From the sequence record OL631482.1: a DNA stretch of 64,000 nt, one strand, 5' to 3'. The translations under genes and the position numbers were made by a program. Positions 52,107-63,732 of the stretch are shown here, piece by piece (position 1 is the stretch's first letter; each line of letters begins with the position of its first letter). Under the pieces are notes generated by a model, which worked only from the letters and a program-made list of their open reading frames with translations, did no database searches and was not told the DNA's origin. Source of the DNA: Escherichia phage ECML-359.

Positions 52107-53051
52107 TTAATAAAATTCAGCAATGTTTGCAGTTAGTTTAGACAGACCAGACTTAACAAAGTAAGGATAAACTTTACTTTTGGCTGGGATAACGTAGTTA
52201 TTATATCGTTCTAAGATTGAAGCAGATATTTCCGTTGGGATAAAGTCCATATCAATCAACAATTGGTTTTCACAGAATCTATTATATTGCTCTTCTGTTA
52301 AAAGCGTTTTCAGCACGTCATGGTCGTAATAGTTGAGTGCAATTTGTTCAAGCTCAGCTGCGCGGGTCGGCGGAGTACGTTCACCTTCTTCACGAGTGTA
52401 ATAAAAATCACCGCGAACCTTGATGCTTGACACGTTATCTTTTTTGTCACCTTTAACAACCTTTGTCACGCAATCCATAAGAGCATCGCCTGATTTAGTT
52501 TTGACATATTTTTTCTGCATCGGTGACCATTGTTTCACCCCAGGGAATTTATGTAACTGGGTAAAGTCGCCATCCGAAGAAACAATCATAACCGGATGCC
52601 CGAGACCAGTGAGCAATTTCGTTAATACTGCAATATGGTCGTCAGCCTCAATTTTATCCATATTCATCACGATGTAAGGCATATGTTTTTCCATTTCATC
52701 AATGATAATGTGCATGGCAGCATGTAGGCCTTCCCAATCAAATTGTGACTCTTCACGAGCTTTTGCACGGTTTTTCTTATAATAATAAGATTTCGTGCGT
52801 CGCCAATAACCATTCTTCGAATTATCAACACAAATAATCGGAATCGTATAACCGAGCTTCTTGAACTGCACAATATTTTTTCGGATGGAGTTCAGAACCA
52901 AGTGTCTGGTCATTGCAGTTGTTACTTTCGGAAAGCCTGCGTCTTTGCCGAATTCCTGGAAGGCAGCAGCCATGATAAGCTGACTAAAATCGAGTAACTG
53001 AAAACCTTCTTTTTGACGGTCTTCTTCAGGGAGTAAAAAATCTAAATTCAT
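52107..53051 (-). CDS. rnh: RNase H (5'-3' exonuclease / flap endonuclease)
   Basis: 314 aa; GYWRR..SYYYKKNRAKAREES.FDWEG...ADDHIAVL...VSSDGDFTQLHKFPGVKQWSPM matches T4 Rnh. Confidence 0.9.
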   Translation of the reverse strand: MNLDFLLPEEDRQKEGFQLLDFSQLIMAAAFQEFGKDAGFPKVTTAMTRHLVLNSIRKNIVQFKKLGYTIPIICVDNSKNGYWRRTKSYYYKKNRAKAREESQFDWEGLHAAMHIIIDEMEKHMPYIVMNMDKIEADDHIAVLTKLLTGLGHPVMIVSSDGDFTQLHKFPGVKQWSPMQKKYVKTKSGDALMDCVTKVVKGDKKDNVSSIKVRGDFYYTREEGERTPPTRAAELEQIALNYYDHDVLKTLLTEEQYNRFCENQLLIDMDFIPTEISASILERYNNYVIPAKSKVYPYFVKSGLSKLTANIAEFY

Positions 53052-53108
53052 ATGAACCTCTGTTCAATTAATTGACTCGATTATATTAGCATAAAAATTT
53101 TAAAGCAA

Positions 53109-53116
53109 TATAAATA
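53109..53116 (+). promoter_or_regulatory. Late promoter for gene 34
   Basis: TATAAATA about 31 nt upstream of the gp34 ATG. Confidence 0.75.
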
Positions 53117-53146
53117 CACATATACCAATCAATAAGGATAAAGCAC

Positions 53147-56100
53147 ATGGCCGATATTTTAAAACCAGCATTCAGAGCAACATCCGGTCTCGATGCTGCT
53201 GGTGAGAAAGTCATTAATGTCGCAAAAGCTGATTACTCAGTTTTATCAGACGGCGTTAACGTAGGTTTCTTTATAGAAGAAAACACAGTTCAACAATATG
53301 ATGCAACACGCGGATACAAAAAGAACTTTGCAGTTATTAATGATAACCGTATTTGGGTTGCTCAACGTGATATTCCGGCACCAGCTGGAGCATTTACCCC
53401 TCAGTATTGGTTAGCAACTCGTACTGACCCGAAATGGGAAACTGTTGCATCTCCAACTCGTCAGCTTAGCTCCGGGGAATTTATCGCAGTCGACTCAGCT
53501 GCAAGCTTTACCACATTTACATTGCCTCCGAACCCGACTGATGGTGATACCATCGTTATTAAAGATATCGGCGGTAATACCGGTTATAATGAAATTAAAA
53601 TCCAGTCAAGCAACGTGCCTGGCCAAGGTAACCAAAAGATTGTTCGCTTTGGTAATCAGTATTCAGAAGTTTTAATTACCAAACCATTCTCTTATAACAT
53701 GCTTATCTTTTCAAACCGCTTATGGCAATTTTGGGAAGCAGGTAACGAAGAACGTGGTATCAGAGTAGAACCGTCGACCGGACGTTTCCATGCACAAGCT
53801 GGCGACTTTATTATGCGTCGTTATACAACTGGTGCACCGATTACTTTCATTCTTCCTAAGTATGCAAACCAGGGTGATATTGTCAAATCTGTTGATATCG
53901 ATGGCATGGGGCCAACGTTCCACCTGATGGTTGAAACCTTTGACACCAGTTCCAGTCTTGGTAAAGCTGGCCAGCATCAAATGGAATTCCGTACCACAGG
54001 TGATGGTTTCTTCGTTTATAATGCTGCCGAAAAACTCTGGTATGTTTGGGACGGTGATTTTAAAACTCGTCTTCGCGTTATTCGCGACAGCGTTAAACTT
54101 TTACCAAACGAAAGTGTCATTGTATTTGGCGAAGATAACTCAACTCCAGCAACGATTAATATCGATTTGCCAACTAATGTTTTGCAAGGCGACATTGTTA
54201 AAATTGCATTGAACTATCTCCGTAAATCACAGACTGTTAATATAAGAGCTGCTGTTGGCGATAAGATTGCAACTGACATTAAATTACTGCAATTCCCTAA
54301 ACGTTCCGAGTATCCACCAGATACAACTTGGGTGCTGGTTGATTCATTGACCTTTAATGGCAACATCAGTTATACTCCGGTTATTGAATTATCATATGCA
54401 GAAGATACAGTGTCTGGAACAAGTTATTGGGTTGTCGCTCAGAACGTCCCGACTGTCGAACGAGTTGACTCATTAAATGATTCCACGCGTGCACGTCTTG
54501 GTGTTATTGCTCTGGCAAACCAGACTCAGGCAAACGTTGACCATGAAAATAACCCAGAAAAAGAACTCGCAATTACCCCTCAGACTTTAGCCAACCGTGT
54601 TGCTAAAGAGAACCAACGAGGCATTGCCAGAATCGCAACGACTGCCCAAGTAAATCAGAACAGTGATTTTGCATTTGTTGATGATGTAATTATTTCTCCG
54701 AAAAAACTCAATGAACGTACGGCAACAGAAACGAGACGTGGACTCGCAGAACTCGCCACACAGCAAGAAACCGATGCGGGTGTAGATGATACCACAATTA
54801 TAACTCCAAAGAAACTGCAAGCTCGCCAGGGCTCAGAATCGCTATCCGGTATTGTAACTTACGTTTCAACGACTGGTGCAACTCCTGCTGCTTCGCGTGA
54901 ATTAAATGGTACAAACGTTTATAATAAAAATACGGTTAATCTGGTTGTTTCTCCGAAAGCTCTTGACCAGTACAAAGCTACTTACACTCAACAAGGTGCG
55001 GTTATTCTTGCGGTTGAAAGTGAAGTAATCGCTGGTACTTCTCAATCTGGCTGGGCAAACGCAGTCGTTACTCCAGAAATGTTGCATCGCAAAACTGCTC
55101 TTGATTCCCGTATCGGTTTAATCGAGATTGCTACTCAGGTTGAAACAGATGCAGGAACCGATTATACCAGAGCTGTGACTCCTAAAACGTTAAATGACCG
55201 TAAAGCATCAGAAACGTTAACCGGCATAGCCGAGATTGCTACGCAATCAGAATTTGATACTGGAACTGATGATACTCGTATCTCAACTCCATTAAAAATT
55301 AAAAATAGATTTAATAATACTGCTCGTACTTCTGTTAATGCATTAAGTGGTTTAGTAGAAACAGGGACGCTCTGGGACCATTATAGCCTGAATATTCTTG
55401 AAGCAAATGAAACTCAACGTGGTACAGCAAGATTAGCGACTCAGGGTGAAGTCAATACAGGCACTGACGATAAAACAATCGTTACTCCGCTTAAATTGAT
55501 GTCGAAAAAAGCCACTGAAAACGCCGAAGGTATTGTTCGCATCGCGACAAACACAGAAGCAACAGCAGGCACATCAAAAGTCTTGGCCATTAGTCCGTCT
55601 GCGCTGAAATATATTGCCCAAACGGAAACAACTTGGGAAGCATCTGAAACACTGCGTGGATTTGTTCGTTTATCTTCCGGTGCAGCTACTTCGGCCGCAA
55701 CTACAACGACGGGCGCGGGATTTACATATGAAAATGGTGTGTATACCCCGGACCCAAGTAAACTGGTTAGCTATGCGAAATCTGGATATGCAGTTTCGCC
55801 TTACGAATTAAACCGCATATTGCAAAACTTCTTACCGATAAATGCGATGGCTGTTAATGCTGAAAAACTGGATAACCTCGATTCGACCCAGTTTATTCGT
55901 CGTGATATTGCTCAGACCGTTGAAGGCGTATTAACCCTTACTAAGCAGACAAATATCTCTGCTCCGGTTGTATCGACGAGCACTGCGGTGTTTACTGATG
56001 TAACGGCTGGTACTTCGACGTTCGGAACTGTGAATGTTGTTAATGGAACTAACAAGTGGAAAATCACTGCTCCTTCCACCGGAACGACAATGACTATTGG

Positions 56101-57103
56101 TGATACGACTAACGTATTGACATTAAACACCGCCTCGGGTAATGCTGCAGTATTGAACAACCTTAGCGCCGGAAATGATGTTCAAGCCAAAAATAATTAC
56201 GTTCTAAATGGTCGTACTATCGCAACCACGACGGGTGAAGTTTCTGGTGCAACTTTGTCTCTGGGTGATAACTCACAGAATTTAGTGCTCAAAACTCTTG
56301 ATGCTGGTAATATCATAGCAAATGGTGGCGGTGCATTTAAAGTTCTGACCGAGAAAAACGCAGTAGAAATTGTTGATAGAAACTTTGTTAACCAGGCTGG
56401 TGATACAATGTCTGGTGTACTCCGTGTGAATGCTCCAGTCCGTGTATTCGGTACGAAACCAAGTCTTATCGCACAAGCTCCGACTGCGGATACTGTTGGT
56501 TTCTGGTCTGTCGATATCAATGATGAACCGACTTATAGCCAGTTCCCTGGTTATTGGACAATGAAGTTAAAACGTCAAGTAAACATTGATACGGTTCAAA
56601 CTAAACCTGCTGGGGTAACTGATGAAGTTTGGAATGCTTCTGGTTGGTTAACTGAAAACGGAACTTTTGCCTCGCCCGCTATTCGTTATCGTACTGATGA
56701 TGGTACACTCGGTGATGAAGTATTAGGTAGCTCCGGACAGAAACTGCGCGGAACCTGGTTTGACTATTCAGTTCGTGATAAACAAATTAAATATCCTGGT
56801 ACATTGACTCAGTTTGGTAATACGCTGGATTCGTGCTATCAAGATTGGGTTTGTTATCCAACTGGATTGAACGGTGGTACTATTCGTTATACTCGTACAT
56901 GGCAGAAAAATAAATCAGCATGGACGACTTTCGCAATGGTTTATACCGCGGATAACCCTCCGTCTGCAGAGGATGTTGGCGCATTACCGGCTGACAACAC
57001 AACGATGGGGAACTTAACCATTCTTGATTGGTTGCGTATCGGTAACGTGCGTATCATCCCAGACCCGACCACTAAATCCGTTAAGTTTGAATGGATTGAA
57101 TAA
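53147..57103 (+). CDS. 34: Long tail fibre proximal subunit gp34
   Basis: 1318 aa; TATAAATA at about 53109-53116; internally repetitive fibre sequence; synteny. Confidence 0.95.
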   Translation: MADILKPAFRATSGLDAAGEKVINVAKADYSVLSDGVNVGFFIEENTVQQYDATRGYKKNFAVINDNRIWVAQRDIPAPAGAFTPQYWLATRTDPKWETVASPTRQLSSGEFIAVDSAASFTTFTLPPNPTDGDTIVIKDIGGNTGYNEIKIQSSNVPGQGNQKIVRFGNQYSEVLITKPFSYNMLIFSNRLWQFWEAGNEERGIRVEPSTGRFHAQAGDFIMRRYTTGAPITFILPKYANQGDIVKSVDIDGMGPTFHLMVETFDTSSSLGKAGQHQMEFRTTGDGFFVYNAAEKLWYVWDGDFKTRLRVIRDSVKLLPNESVIVFGEDNSTPATINIDLPTNVLQGDIVKIALNYLRKSQTVNIRAAVGDKIATDIKLLQFPKRSEYPPDTTWVLVDSLTFNGNISYTPVIELSYAEDTVSGTSYWVVAQNVPTVERVDSLNDSTRARLGVIALANQTQANVDHENNPEKELAITPQTLANRVAKENQRGIARIATTAQVNQNSDFAFVDDVIISPKKLNERTATETRRGLAELATQQETDAGVDDTTIITPKKLQARQGSESLSGIVTYVSTTGATPAASRELNGTNVYNKNTVNLVVSPKALDQYKATYTQQGAVILAVESEVIAGTSQSGWANAVVTPEMLHRKTALDSRIGLIEIATQVETDAGTDYTRAVTPKTLNDRKASETLTGIAEIATQSEFDTGTDDTRISTPLKIKNRFNNTARTSVNALSGLVETGTLWDHYSLNILEANETQRGTARLATQGEVNTGTDDKTIVTPLKLMSKKATENAEGIVRIATNTEATAGTSKVLAISPSALKYIAQTETTWEASETLRGFVRLSSGAATSAATTTTGAGFTYENGVYTPDPSKLVSYAKSGYAVSPYELNRILQNFLPINAMAVNAEKLDNLDSTQFIRRDIAQTVEGVLTLTKQTNISAPVVSTSTAVFTDVTAGTSTFGTVNVVNGTNKWKITAPSTGTTMTIGDTTNVLTLNTASGNAAVLNNLSAGNDVQAKNNYVLNGRTIATTTGEVSGATLSLGDNSQNLVLKTLDAGNIIANGGGAFKVLTEKNAVEIVDRNFVNQAGDTMSGVLRVNAPVRVFGTKPSLIAQAPTADTVGFWSVDINDEPTYSQFPGYWTMKLKRQVNIDTVQTKPAGVTDEVWNASGWLTENGTFASPAIRYRTDDGTLGDEVLGSSGQKLRGTWFDYSVRDKQIKYPGTLTQFGNTLDSCYQDWVCYPTGLNGGTIRYTRTWQKNKSAWTTFAMVYTADNPPSAEDVGALPADNTTMGNLTILDWLRIGNVRIIPDPTTKSVKFEWIE

Positions 57104-57111
57104 GAGGTAAT

Positions 57112-58242
57112 ATGGAAAAATTTATGGCAGAGTTTGGACAAGGATACGTCCAAACGCCAGTTATATCAGAAAATAATGCCGTTAAATTTAAAATGAGTAT
57201 AGCAGGGAGCTGTACTCTTTCCACGGTGAAATCGTATATCAAATTTCAGGATGAACGAATTGGACCAACTACTTTTGGTAATGGTCTGACTCTATTGGAA
57301 ATTGATACAACTACGAATAAAATTGTTAACACGAAAAACTATTCATTAACTAGCACACATGATGCAATCAGTCAGGCATTAATCACCTTTGTGGAATCTG
57401 TTCCAGCCGGAAGATTGATTGCTTTTATTTCTTCAGGGAAACTAAACGCATCACAGCCATTAATTGATTGGTTCCGTAAATGTGGTTCAAGAGCATTCCC
57501 AGATAAATGGCTGATTGATAAAGTTGATACATCGTACTCGGCTTTTTACATAACCGGCCGGAATGTAATTGTTTCGGAGCATGTTAAGTATAATGACGGG
57601 AAGTTAGTTGAGGATGTTTCGACTCCGCTTGAAGTCATTTATGATACCTTTAGTGATATAGGAGCAACAGGCTATCCTGTACGCATAACGGAAGACGAGA
57701 GCACGTATTCATCAACAGGTGATGGAACATCAACCACAATTAAAAGGTTCCCCACAGAGGACCTGGTGACTCCTATGGACACCTATAACCTTTTACCTTT
57801 GGATGTGCTTTACTTGAAGTTTCAGATGTCATTTGACGCTGCACTGAAAGCTGCGGGGACCGTAAGGACTTCGGTTCGATTCTTTAAAAGCCCCAGCACT
57901 TCGCCGATATCAAATACAAACATCGATATCGCAGCAAACGTTCCTGCCGGGGCTTGGGCGAGTTTCGAAAGATATGTCGAGATTCCGCCAGGAGCTGATG
58001 GCTTTACAGTAGTAACATCAAGAACTGTAGCTACCGGAACTGGGTCAATACGCAATATTGTTATTGGTGAGATAACCAGAGGTGACTCTGCGTTCAAACC
58101 GGCTGAATTTGGTGTCAACGGCATAAGGATGTCATATGCAAACGATGCAACAAATACAGGCAATACAATTGTAACATTCCCGGATGCGCAAGCTCCAAGA
58201 GCCGGCAAGATATACGCAGCCGAACTACGAGAAAAACAATAG
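57112..58242 (+). CDS. 35: Long tail fibre hinge protein gp35
   Basis: 376 aa; synteny; followed by a hairpin and T-run terminator. Confidence 0.85.
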   Translation: MEKFMAEFGQGYVQTPVISENNAVKFKMSIAGSCTLSTVKSYIKFQDERIGPTTFGNGLTLLEIDTTTNKIVNTKNYSLTSTHDAISQALITFVESVPAGRLIAFISSGKLNASQPLIDWFRKCGSRAFPDKWLIDKVDTSYSAFYITGRNVIVSEHVKYNDGKLVEDVSTPLEVIYDTFSDIGATGYPVRITEDESTYSSTGDGTSTTIKRFPTEDLVTPMDTYNLLPLDVLYLKFQMSFDAALKAAGTVRTSVRFFKSPSTSPISNTNIDIAANVPAGAWASFERYVEIPPGADGFTVVTSRTVATGTGSIRNIVIGEITRGDSAFKPAEFGVNGIRMSYANDATNTGNTIVTFPDAQAPRAGKIYAAELREKQ

Positions 58243-58264
58243 GACTCTTCGGAGTCCTTTTTTC
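58242..58264 (+). terminator. Intrinsic terminator after gene 35
   Basis: GGACTC-ttcg-GAGTCC followed by TTTTTTCGTT. Confidence 0.85.
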
Positions 58265-58266
58265 GT

Positions 58267-58274
58267 TATAAATA
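58267..58274 (+). promoter_or_regulatory. Late promoter for gene 36
   Basis: TATAAATA immediately after the gene 35 terminator. Confidence 0.75.
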
Positions 58275-58309
58275 CAAAATATCATATGCCGGTTGAAGAG
58301 GACTTATAA

Positions 58310-58957
58310 ATGGCAGATTTAAAACTAGGCTCAACAGCCGGAGGTTCGGTCCTCTGGCACCAGGGTAATTTCCCATTAACACCAGTCAGTAATGACTTAT
58401 ATTTCAAAACTTATAAAATTTATTCCGAATATAACAAGCCACAAGCAGTCGATAACGATTTTGTTTCTAAAGCTCTGGGTGGTAATTATAAAGCAAATGT
58501 GTATTTCGAACAGGGTCTGACATTTAACGATTCAAATGGTTACGGGATTAAGTTAGGAGCAAGAACAGGCGGAACACCATTTACAGCATCTTTCCGTATT
58601 AAAGGACCATTCGGATTTGAGACTGAAACGGGAACACCATTTGTTATTTTTGACCCTGATACTACGACAGGAGCAAAACGTCTTACTGTTATGGGTGATA
58701 CGTTAGCTCGACAAATTTATGATGAAACAGGTCGTGTATTTTCTCCAGGGAATACTCCGTCAAAAGCTCAAGTTGGTCTTGGTAATGTAACTAACCAGCA
58801 ACAGGTAGAACTAAATAATAGTACATTGCAAACAATGACAGGTAACTTGTCAGCACCTAATTTCTTCTCTAGGAACCCAGCATCAGACCCGGCCCATGTG
58901 CCTCGTTTTGACCAAATCGTTCTTAAAGACTCCGTACAAGATTTTGGATATTATTAA
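58310..58957 (+). CDS. 36: Long tail fibre distal connector gp36
   Basis: 215 aa; TATAAATA at about 58267-58274; synteny. Confidence 0.85.
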   Translation: MADLKLGSTAGGSVLWHQGNFPLTPVSNDLYFKTYKIYSEYNKPQAVDNDFVSKALGGNYKANVYFEQGLTFNDSNGYGIKLGARTGGTPFTASFRIKGPFGFETETGTPFVIFDPDTTTGAKRLTVMGDTLARQIYDETGRVFSPGNTPSKAQVGLGNVTNQQQVELNNSTLQTMTGNLSAPNFFSRNPASDPAHVPRFDQIVLKDSVQDFGYY

Positions 58958-58965
58958 GAGGCATT

Positions 58966-61900
58966 ATGGCTACTTTAAAACAAATACAATTTAAAAGAAG
59001 TAAGGTTGCCGGCGTTCGTCCGGCGCCAACAGTTCTTGCTGAAGGTGAACTGGCTATCAACCTGAAAGACCGCTTACTTTTTACTAAAGATGACACCGGC
59101 GCCATTATCGACCTTGGTTTTGCCAAAGGCGGTAATATTGATGGTAATGTTATTCATAACGGTAATTACAATCAAACTGGTGATTATACCCTGAATGGTA
59201 CTTTTACCCAAACTGGTGATTTTAATTTAACCGGCATTGCTCGTGTAACTCGCGATATTATTGCCGCGGGTCAGATAATGACTGAAGGTGGTGAACTTAT
59301 TTCTAAGAGTGCATCGACTTCGCATCTTCGTTTTTTTGATGGTGCATCACGCGAACGCGGTATTATCTTTTCTCCTAACAATGCGGGTTTGACAACTCAG
59401 GTAGTTAATATACGAGTGCAAGATTATGCCGCTGGTAGCGAAAGCACTTACGCGTTTTCAGGCAATGGTCAATTTACTTCACCTGAAGTATCAGCATGGA
59501 AATCTATTTCATCCCCACAAATTCTGACTGATAAAGTTATTACAAATGGTAAGAAAGCTGGTGATTATGATATCTATTCATTAGCAAATAATAATTCTAA
59601 CACAGATAAAAATAATTTACGTGTTGTGCGTACTGATGCAGCCGCCGCAATGCTCCATGAAATTTGTGAAAATAACGGTATCAGTTGGTATTCTGGTTCA
59701 ACCCCTACTGATTATATGTTATCTTTTGCTTATTCAGGTGGTTTTCAAGCTGGACATTCGATTGCAGTGGGTATGGAATCAGGGCCTATGACATATTCAG
59801 CCTTAGGTAAGGGTTCTATTGCTCTTGGTGATAATGACACCGGGTTAAAATGGTACCAAGATGGTTATTTCTATGCAGTAAACAATGGTACGAGAACTTT
59901 CCTTTACAGCCCTGAATCAACTGTAAGCCTTAGAAAAATGGTCATGGGTTATTCTGTAAACGGTAACGATTTAACTACGCCGCCGACAGAAAACTATGCG
60001 CTTGGTACCGTTGTTACTTATCATGATAATAATGCCTTCGGTGATGGACAAACTCTTTTAGGATATTATCAAGGTGGAGCATATCACCACTATTTTCGTG
60101 GTAAAGGCACTACAAACATTAACACCACGGGTGGTTTGTTGGTTACTCCGGGTAATATCGATGTGATTGGCGGTTTAATTAATATCGACGGCCGCAGTAA
60201 TGCTTCAACCTTACTGTTTAGTAGCTATACGTCTGGTCAAAGCTCTGTCGATAATATGAATATACGCGTTTGGGGCGATACTTTTACCACTGTAGACGGT
60301 ACTCGCAAAAACGTAATGGAAATATCTGATGCTACTAGCTGGATGCAATATATTCAACGAACAACTGCTGGTAAAGTCGAATCGGTTCTAAATGGCTCCC
60401 AGATTGTTAATGAAAACCTGACCGTAGTAAAAAATGCTACATTTGATGGTACAATCAGCGCACATGGTGAAATTGCAGGTAATGCTGTTAATGCCCTTAG
60501 AATTTGGAACGACGATTACGGTGCTATTTTCCGTCGCTCAGAAGGAAGTCTTCATATTATTCCTACAGCGTTTGGTGAAGGACAGGGCGGTGATATCGGT
60601 CCACTTCGCCCATTTAGTATGGCTTTAGATACTGGTAAAGTTACTATTCCAGATTTACAATCAAGTTACAATACGTTCGCAGCAAACGGCTATATTAAAT
60701 TTGTTGGTCATGGGGCTGGTGCAGGCGGTTACGATATTCAATATGCACAAGCAGCTCCTATTTTCCAAGAAATTGATGATGCCGCAGTAAGTAAATATTA
60801 TCCTATTGTTAAGCAGAAATTCTTACAAGGAAAAGCTGTTTGGTCTTTAGGTACTGAAATTAATTCCGGGACTTTTGTTTTACACCATCTTAAAGAAGAC
60901 GGGACCGAAGGACATACCTCAAGATTTAATGCCGATGGTACAGTTAACTTCCCCGATAACGTGCAGGTTGGTGGTGGTGAAGCTACTATTGCCCGAAATG
61001 GTAATATCTGGTCCGATATTTGGAAAACGTTTACTTCAGCAGGCGATGTAACTAATATTCGCGATGCCATTGCTACTCGTGTTGCTAAAGAAGGCGATAC
61101 AATGACAGGCAAGCTGACAATAGAAGCCCCTGGTGATGCTTTAGTATTAAGAACAACTACAGGTAATAGTTCACATATCCGTTCTGATGTAAATGGTACC
61201 GGCAACTGGTATGTCGGTAAAGGTGGCAGCGATAATGGAATAGGCCTTTACAGCTATGCTACTAACTGTGGCCTGTATATCACCAATAACGGTGAATTCA
61301 ACGTAGACCTTTCTGGTGCTGGTCTGGCAATGCAAATGAATTATTATCGCATGTATGTTAACGGTCGAGCATGGGTTAATACTCAAGGTCATGGTTACGG
61401 AAACCAATGGCAAACAGAAGCTCCTTATTTCGTTGACTTTGGTGAATCCGTTCCTAAAGATAGTTATATGCCAATTATCAAAGGAAAAAGCACTCTAGCT
61501 ACTGAAGGATATTCTACTAAAGCAGACTTCGGTATTATTCGATTAGGTGGAGCGGCTACCTGGGGTTCTGCTGTTATTCGTGTGGGTTCTGCTGAAAGCG
61601 GCGATGCAAGCCATCCTAATGCGATATACGTTTTTGGCGCCGACGGCACCTTAACCGCCCCTAATGCTTTGAATGCTGCGTCTCGAATGGGCATTGGTAC
61701 ATCATGTTCATTACCAAATGCTTCTATTGCTATTGGCGATAACGATACAGGTCTTGCTACTAGAGGTGATGGTAGTCTAGGCGCGTATGCTAATGCGCAG
61801 AGTGTATTTTTCTGGGAAGCTGGCGGTATTACGACCGAGCAAAATAAGTTTCTAAACGTTAACGCCGGTATGTATGTTCGTGACAACATCGATGTTAACG

Positions 61901-62232
61901 ACGTTTATATCCGTTCTGATATTCGCTGTAAGTCAGAAATTAAGCTTATAGAAAATGCCCAAGAGAAATCTAAACTCTTAGGCGGTTATACTTATCTGCT
62001 TAAAAACTCTGTCACAGATGAAGTTAAACCGTCTGCTGGTTTAATTGCTCAGGAAGTTCAAGAAGTATTGCCTGAACTTGTGACTGAAGATAAAGAGACC
62101 GGCTTACTTCGTTTAAACTATAACGGTATTATCGGTTTAAATACTGCTACTATCAACGAGCATACTGACGAAATCAAGGAATTGAAATCTGAAATTGCTG
62201 AGTTGAAAGCATTAATTAAATCATTATTATAA
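58966..62232 (+). CDS. 37: Long tail fibre distal subunit gp37 with C-terminal intramolecular-chaperone-like domain
   Basis: 1088 aa; N-terminus [13 protein letters not shown] matches gp37; last ~100 aa ([30 protein letters not shown]...[19 protein letters not shown]) resemble the self-cleaving chaperone domain of fibre/endosialidase proteins. Confidence 0.9.
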   Translation: MATLKQIQFKRSKVAGVRPAPTVLAEGELAINLKDRLLFTKDDTGAIIDLGFAKGGNIDGNVIHNGNYNQTGDYTLNGTFTQTGDFNLTGIARVTRDIIAAGQIMTEGGELISKSASTSHLRFFDGASRERGIIFSPNNAGLTTQVVNIRVQDYAAGSESTYAFSGNGQFTSPEVSAWKSISSPQILTDKVITNGKKAGDYDIYSLANNNSNTDKNNLRVVRTDAAAAMLHEICENNGISWYSGSTPTDYMLSFAYSGGFQAGHSIAVGMESGPMTYSALGKGSIALGDNDTGLKWYQDGYFYAVNNGTRTFLYSPESTVSLRKMVMGYSVNGNDLTTPPTENYALGTVVTYHDNNAFGDGQTLLGYYQGGAYHHYFRGKGTTNINTTGGLLVTPGNIDVIGGLINIDGRSNASTLLFSSYTSGQSSVDNMNIRVWGDTFTTVDGTRKNVMEISDATSWMQYIQRTTAGKVESVLNGSQIVNENLTVVKNATFDGTISAHGEIAGNAVNALRIWNDDYGAIFRRSEGSLHIIPTAFGEGQGGDIGPLRPFSMALDTGKVTIPDLQSSYNTFAANGYIKFVGHGAGAGGYDIQYAQAAPIFQEIDDAAVSKYYPIVKQKFLQGKAVWSLGTEINSGTFVLHHLKEDGTEGHTSRFNADGTVNFPDNVQVGGGEATIARNGNIWSDIWKTFTSAGDVTNIRDAIATRVAKEGDTMTGKLTIEAPGDALVLRTTTGNSSHIRSDVNGTGNWYVGKGGSDNGIGLYSYATNCGLYITNNGEFNVDLSGAGLAMQMNYYRMYVNGRAWVNTQGHGYGNQWQTEAPYFVDFGESVPKDSYMPIIKGKSTLATEGYSTKADFGIIRLGGAATWGSAVIRVGSAESGDASHPNAIYVFGADGTLTAPNALNAASRMGIGTSCSLPNASIAIGDNDTGLATRGDGSLGAYANAQSVFFWEAGGITTEQNKFLNVNAGMYVRDNIDVNDVYIRSDIRCKSEIKLIENAQEKSKLLGGYTYLLKNSVTDEVKPSAGLIAQEVQEVLPELVTEDKETGLLRLNYNGIIGLNTATINEHTDEIKELKSEIAELKALIKSLL

Positions 62233-62236
62233 GAAA

Positions 62237-62250
62237 GGGCCTTCGGGCCC
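62237..62250 (+). promoter_or_regulatory. GC hairpin with UUCG tetraloop between genes 37 and 38, abutting the gene 38 Shine-Dalgarno
   Basis: GGGCC-ttcg-GGCCC then tGGAGGttttt-ATG; no long U-tract, so more likely an RNA structural element than a strong terminator. Confidence 0.5.
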
Positions 62251-62261
62251 TGGAGGTTTTT

Positions 62262-63041
62262 ATGGCAGTAGTAGGAATTCCTGGTTGGATTGGAACATCA
62301 GCAGTGGCTGAAACAGGCCAGCGATGGATGTCTGCAGCGGCTGGACAGTTAAGATTGGGACTACCGGTATCAATGTCGCAATTTGCTGGTCGGTCCCGTG
62401 AGATTATTCACACACTTGGTGCGGACCACAACTTTAACGGGCAATGGTTTAGAGACCGTTGCTTTGAAGCCGGCGGTGCTCCTATAGTGTTTAATATCAC
62501 AGGCAACTTAGTATCATATACTAAAGATGTTCCGTTGTTCTTTATGTACGGTGATACCCCTAACGAATATGTTACTTTGAATATTCATGGTGGTGTTCAT
62601 ATGTGGGGCCGAGGTGGCAACGGTACAGTAAATGGAAGCCCGGGCACTAATGGTGGTGACGTAATCCAAAATGATATTGGTGGACGACTTCGCATTTGGA
62701 ATTATGGTGTGATAGCCTCCGGTGGTGGTGGCGGCGGTGCCGCATCATTACAGAATAGTTGGCCTGCAAATGCTACAGCAGGTGGCGGTGGCGGCAGACC
62801 ATTTGGTCTCGGCGGCGGTGGTGTTAATTGGCCAGGCGGCAATGCTAGTTATGATGGTCCAGGTGGCGGTGGTAATGCAAGCCAATTTGGCGGTGGCAAT
62901 GGCGGTGATGCTGGAGGCGCTGGTGGCGCTGGATGGGGTAATAACTTATCCAGGTCGGGTGGTGGTGCTCCTGGTAGAGCAGTATTCGGTTCCTCCCCAT
63001 CATGGGGCGCGACAGGCACTATCTACGGCTCATGGTTATAG
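62262..63041 (+). CDS. 38: gp38 receptor-recognising adhesin (T2 type, glycine-rich motifs)
   Basis: 259 aa; conserved N-terminal attachment domain ([11 protein letters not shown]...[15 protein letters not shown]...[41 protein letters not shown]) then poly-Gly motifs separated by variable segments. Confidence 0.85.
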   Translation: MAVVGIPGWIGTSAVAETGQRWMSAAAGQLRLGLPVSMSQFAGRSREIIHTLGADHNFNGQWFRDRCFEAGGAPIVFNITGNLVSYTKDVPLFFMYGDTPNEYVTLNIHGGVHMWGRGGNGTVNGSPGTNGGDVIQNDIGGRLRIWNYGVIASGGGGGGAASLQNSWPANATAGGGGGRPFGLGGGGVNWPGGNASYDGPGGGGNASQFGGGNGGDAGGAGGAGWGNNLSRSGGGAPGRAVFGSSPSWGATGTIYGSWL

Positions 63042-63052
63042 TACATAAGCGC

Positions 63053-63060
63053 TATAAATA
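63053..63060 (+). promoter_or_regulatory. Late promoter for holin gene t
   Basis: TATAAATA about 18 nt upstream of the t ATG. Confidence 0.75.
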
Positions 63061-63078
63061 TCTTTAAAGGAGAAAAGT

Positions 63079-63732
63079 ATGGAACCAAAAGTAGGAATAT
63101 CAATACCCGACCTACTTTTTGGACTTCTTGATAGAATTTTTAAAGATAATGCGACCGGGAAAGTTGTTTTTTCCCGGGTACTAGTTATTGTTCTATTATT
63201 TTTAATGGCGGTAATCTGGTATAAAGGTGATGCACTTTTAGATGCGTACAGGGATGCTTCATATGCCTCATACACTGAAATGATAAGGCAAGACCAGGAT
63301 AACAGATTTAAAATTGCAGCTATCGAGCAAATCCAGATAGTCCACTCGTCAAGTGGGGCAGACTTTACAGCAATATATTCTTTTAGGCCAACTAACCTTA
63401 ACTACTTTGTGGATATGGTGGGTTACGAGGGGATATTGCCTGATACAGTCGACGAAAAAAATTTAGGTGGGTTTCCAATAGATAAGACTTCAGCGGAATA
63501 TTTGGCGGGGGTTAATGGTAATTATTTTGAATCCAGTGTGGAATCTGTATTCTTACCAACAAAGAAAAAAAGCAGCTTCACATATATGTTCAGCTGCCCA
63601 TTCTTTAATTTGGAAAACGTTTATGCAGGCACAGTCTCACTGTACTGGTATAAGCAAAAACCCGACCTTGGTTTTGATAGGCTTTCTTCTATGTGTGGAC
63701 AAGCAGGTCGTACGCTCGGGCGTACACGTTAG
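63079..63732 (+). CDS. t: Holin T
   Basis: 217 aa; LLFGLLDRIFKDNATGKV...single transmembrane segment...large periplasmic domain; matches T4 holin; TATAAATA at about 63053-63060. Confidence 0.9.
   Translation: MEPKVGISIPDLLFGLLDRIFKDNATGKVVFSRVLVIVLLFLMAVIWYKGDALLDAYRDASYASYTEMIRQDQDNRFKIAAIEQIQIVHSSSGADFTAIYSFRPTNLNYFVDMVGYEGILPDTVDEKNLGGFPIDKTSAEYLAGVNGNYFESSVESVFLPTKKKSSFTYMFSCPFFNLENVYAGTVSLYWYKQKPDLGFDRLSSMCGQAGRTLGRTR

Noticed and set aside
62700-62960. Repetitive GGTGGCGGTGG stretches in gene 38 as a possible repeat array or CRISPR
   Set aside because: They are in frame inside gp38 and encode the known poly-glycine motifs of T2-type adhesins; spacing is irregular and no cas genes are present
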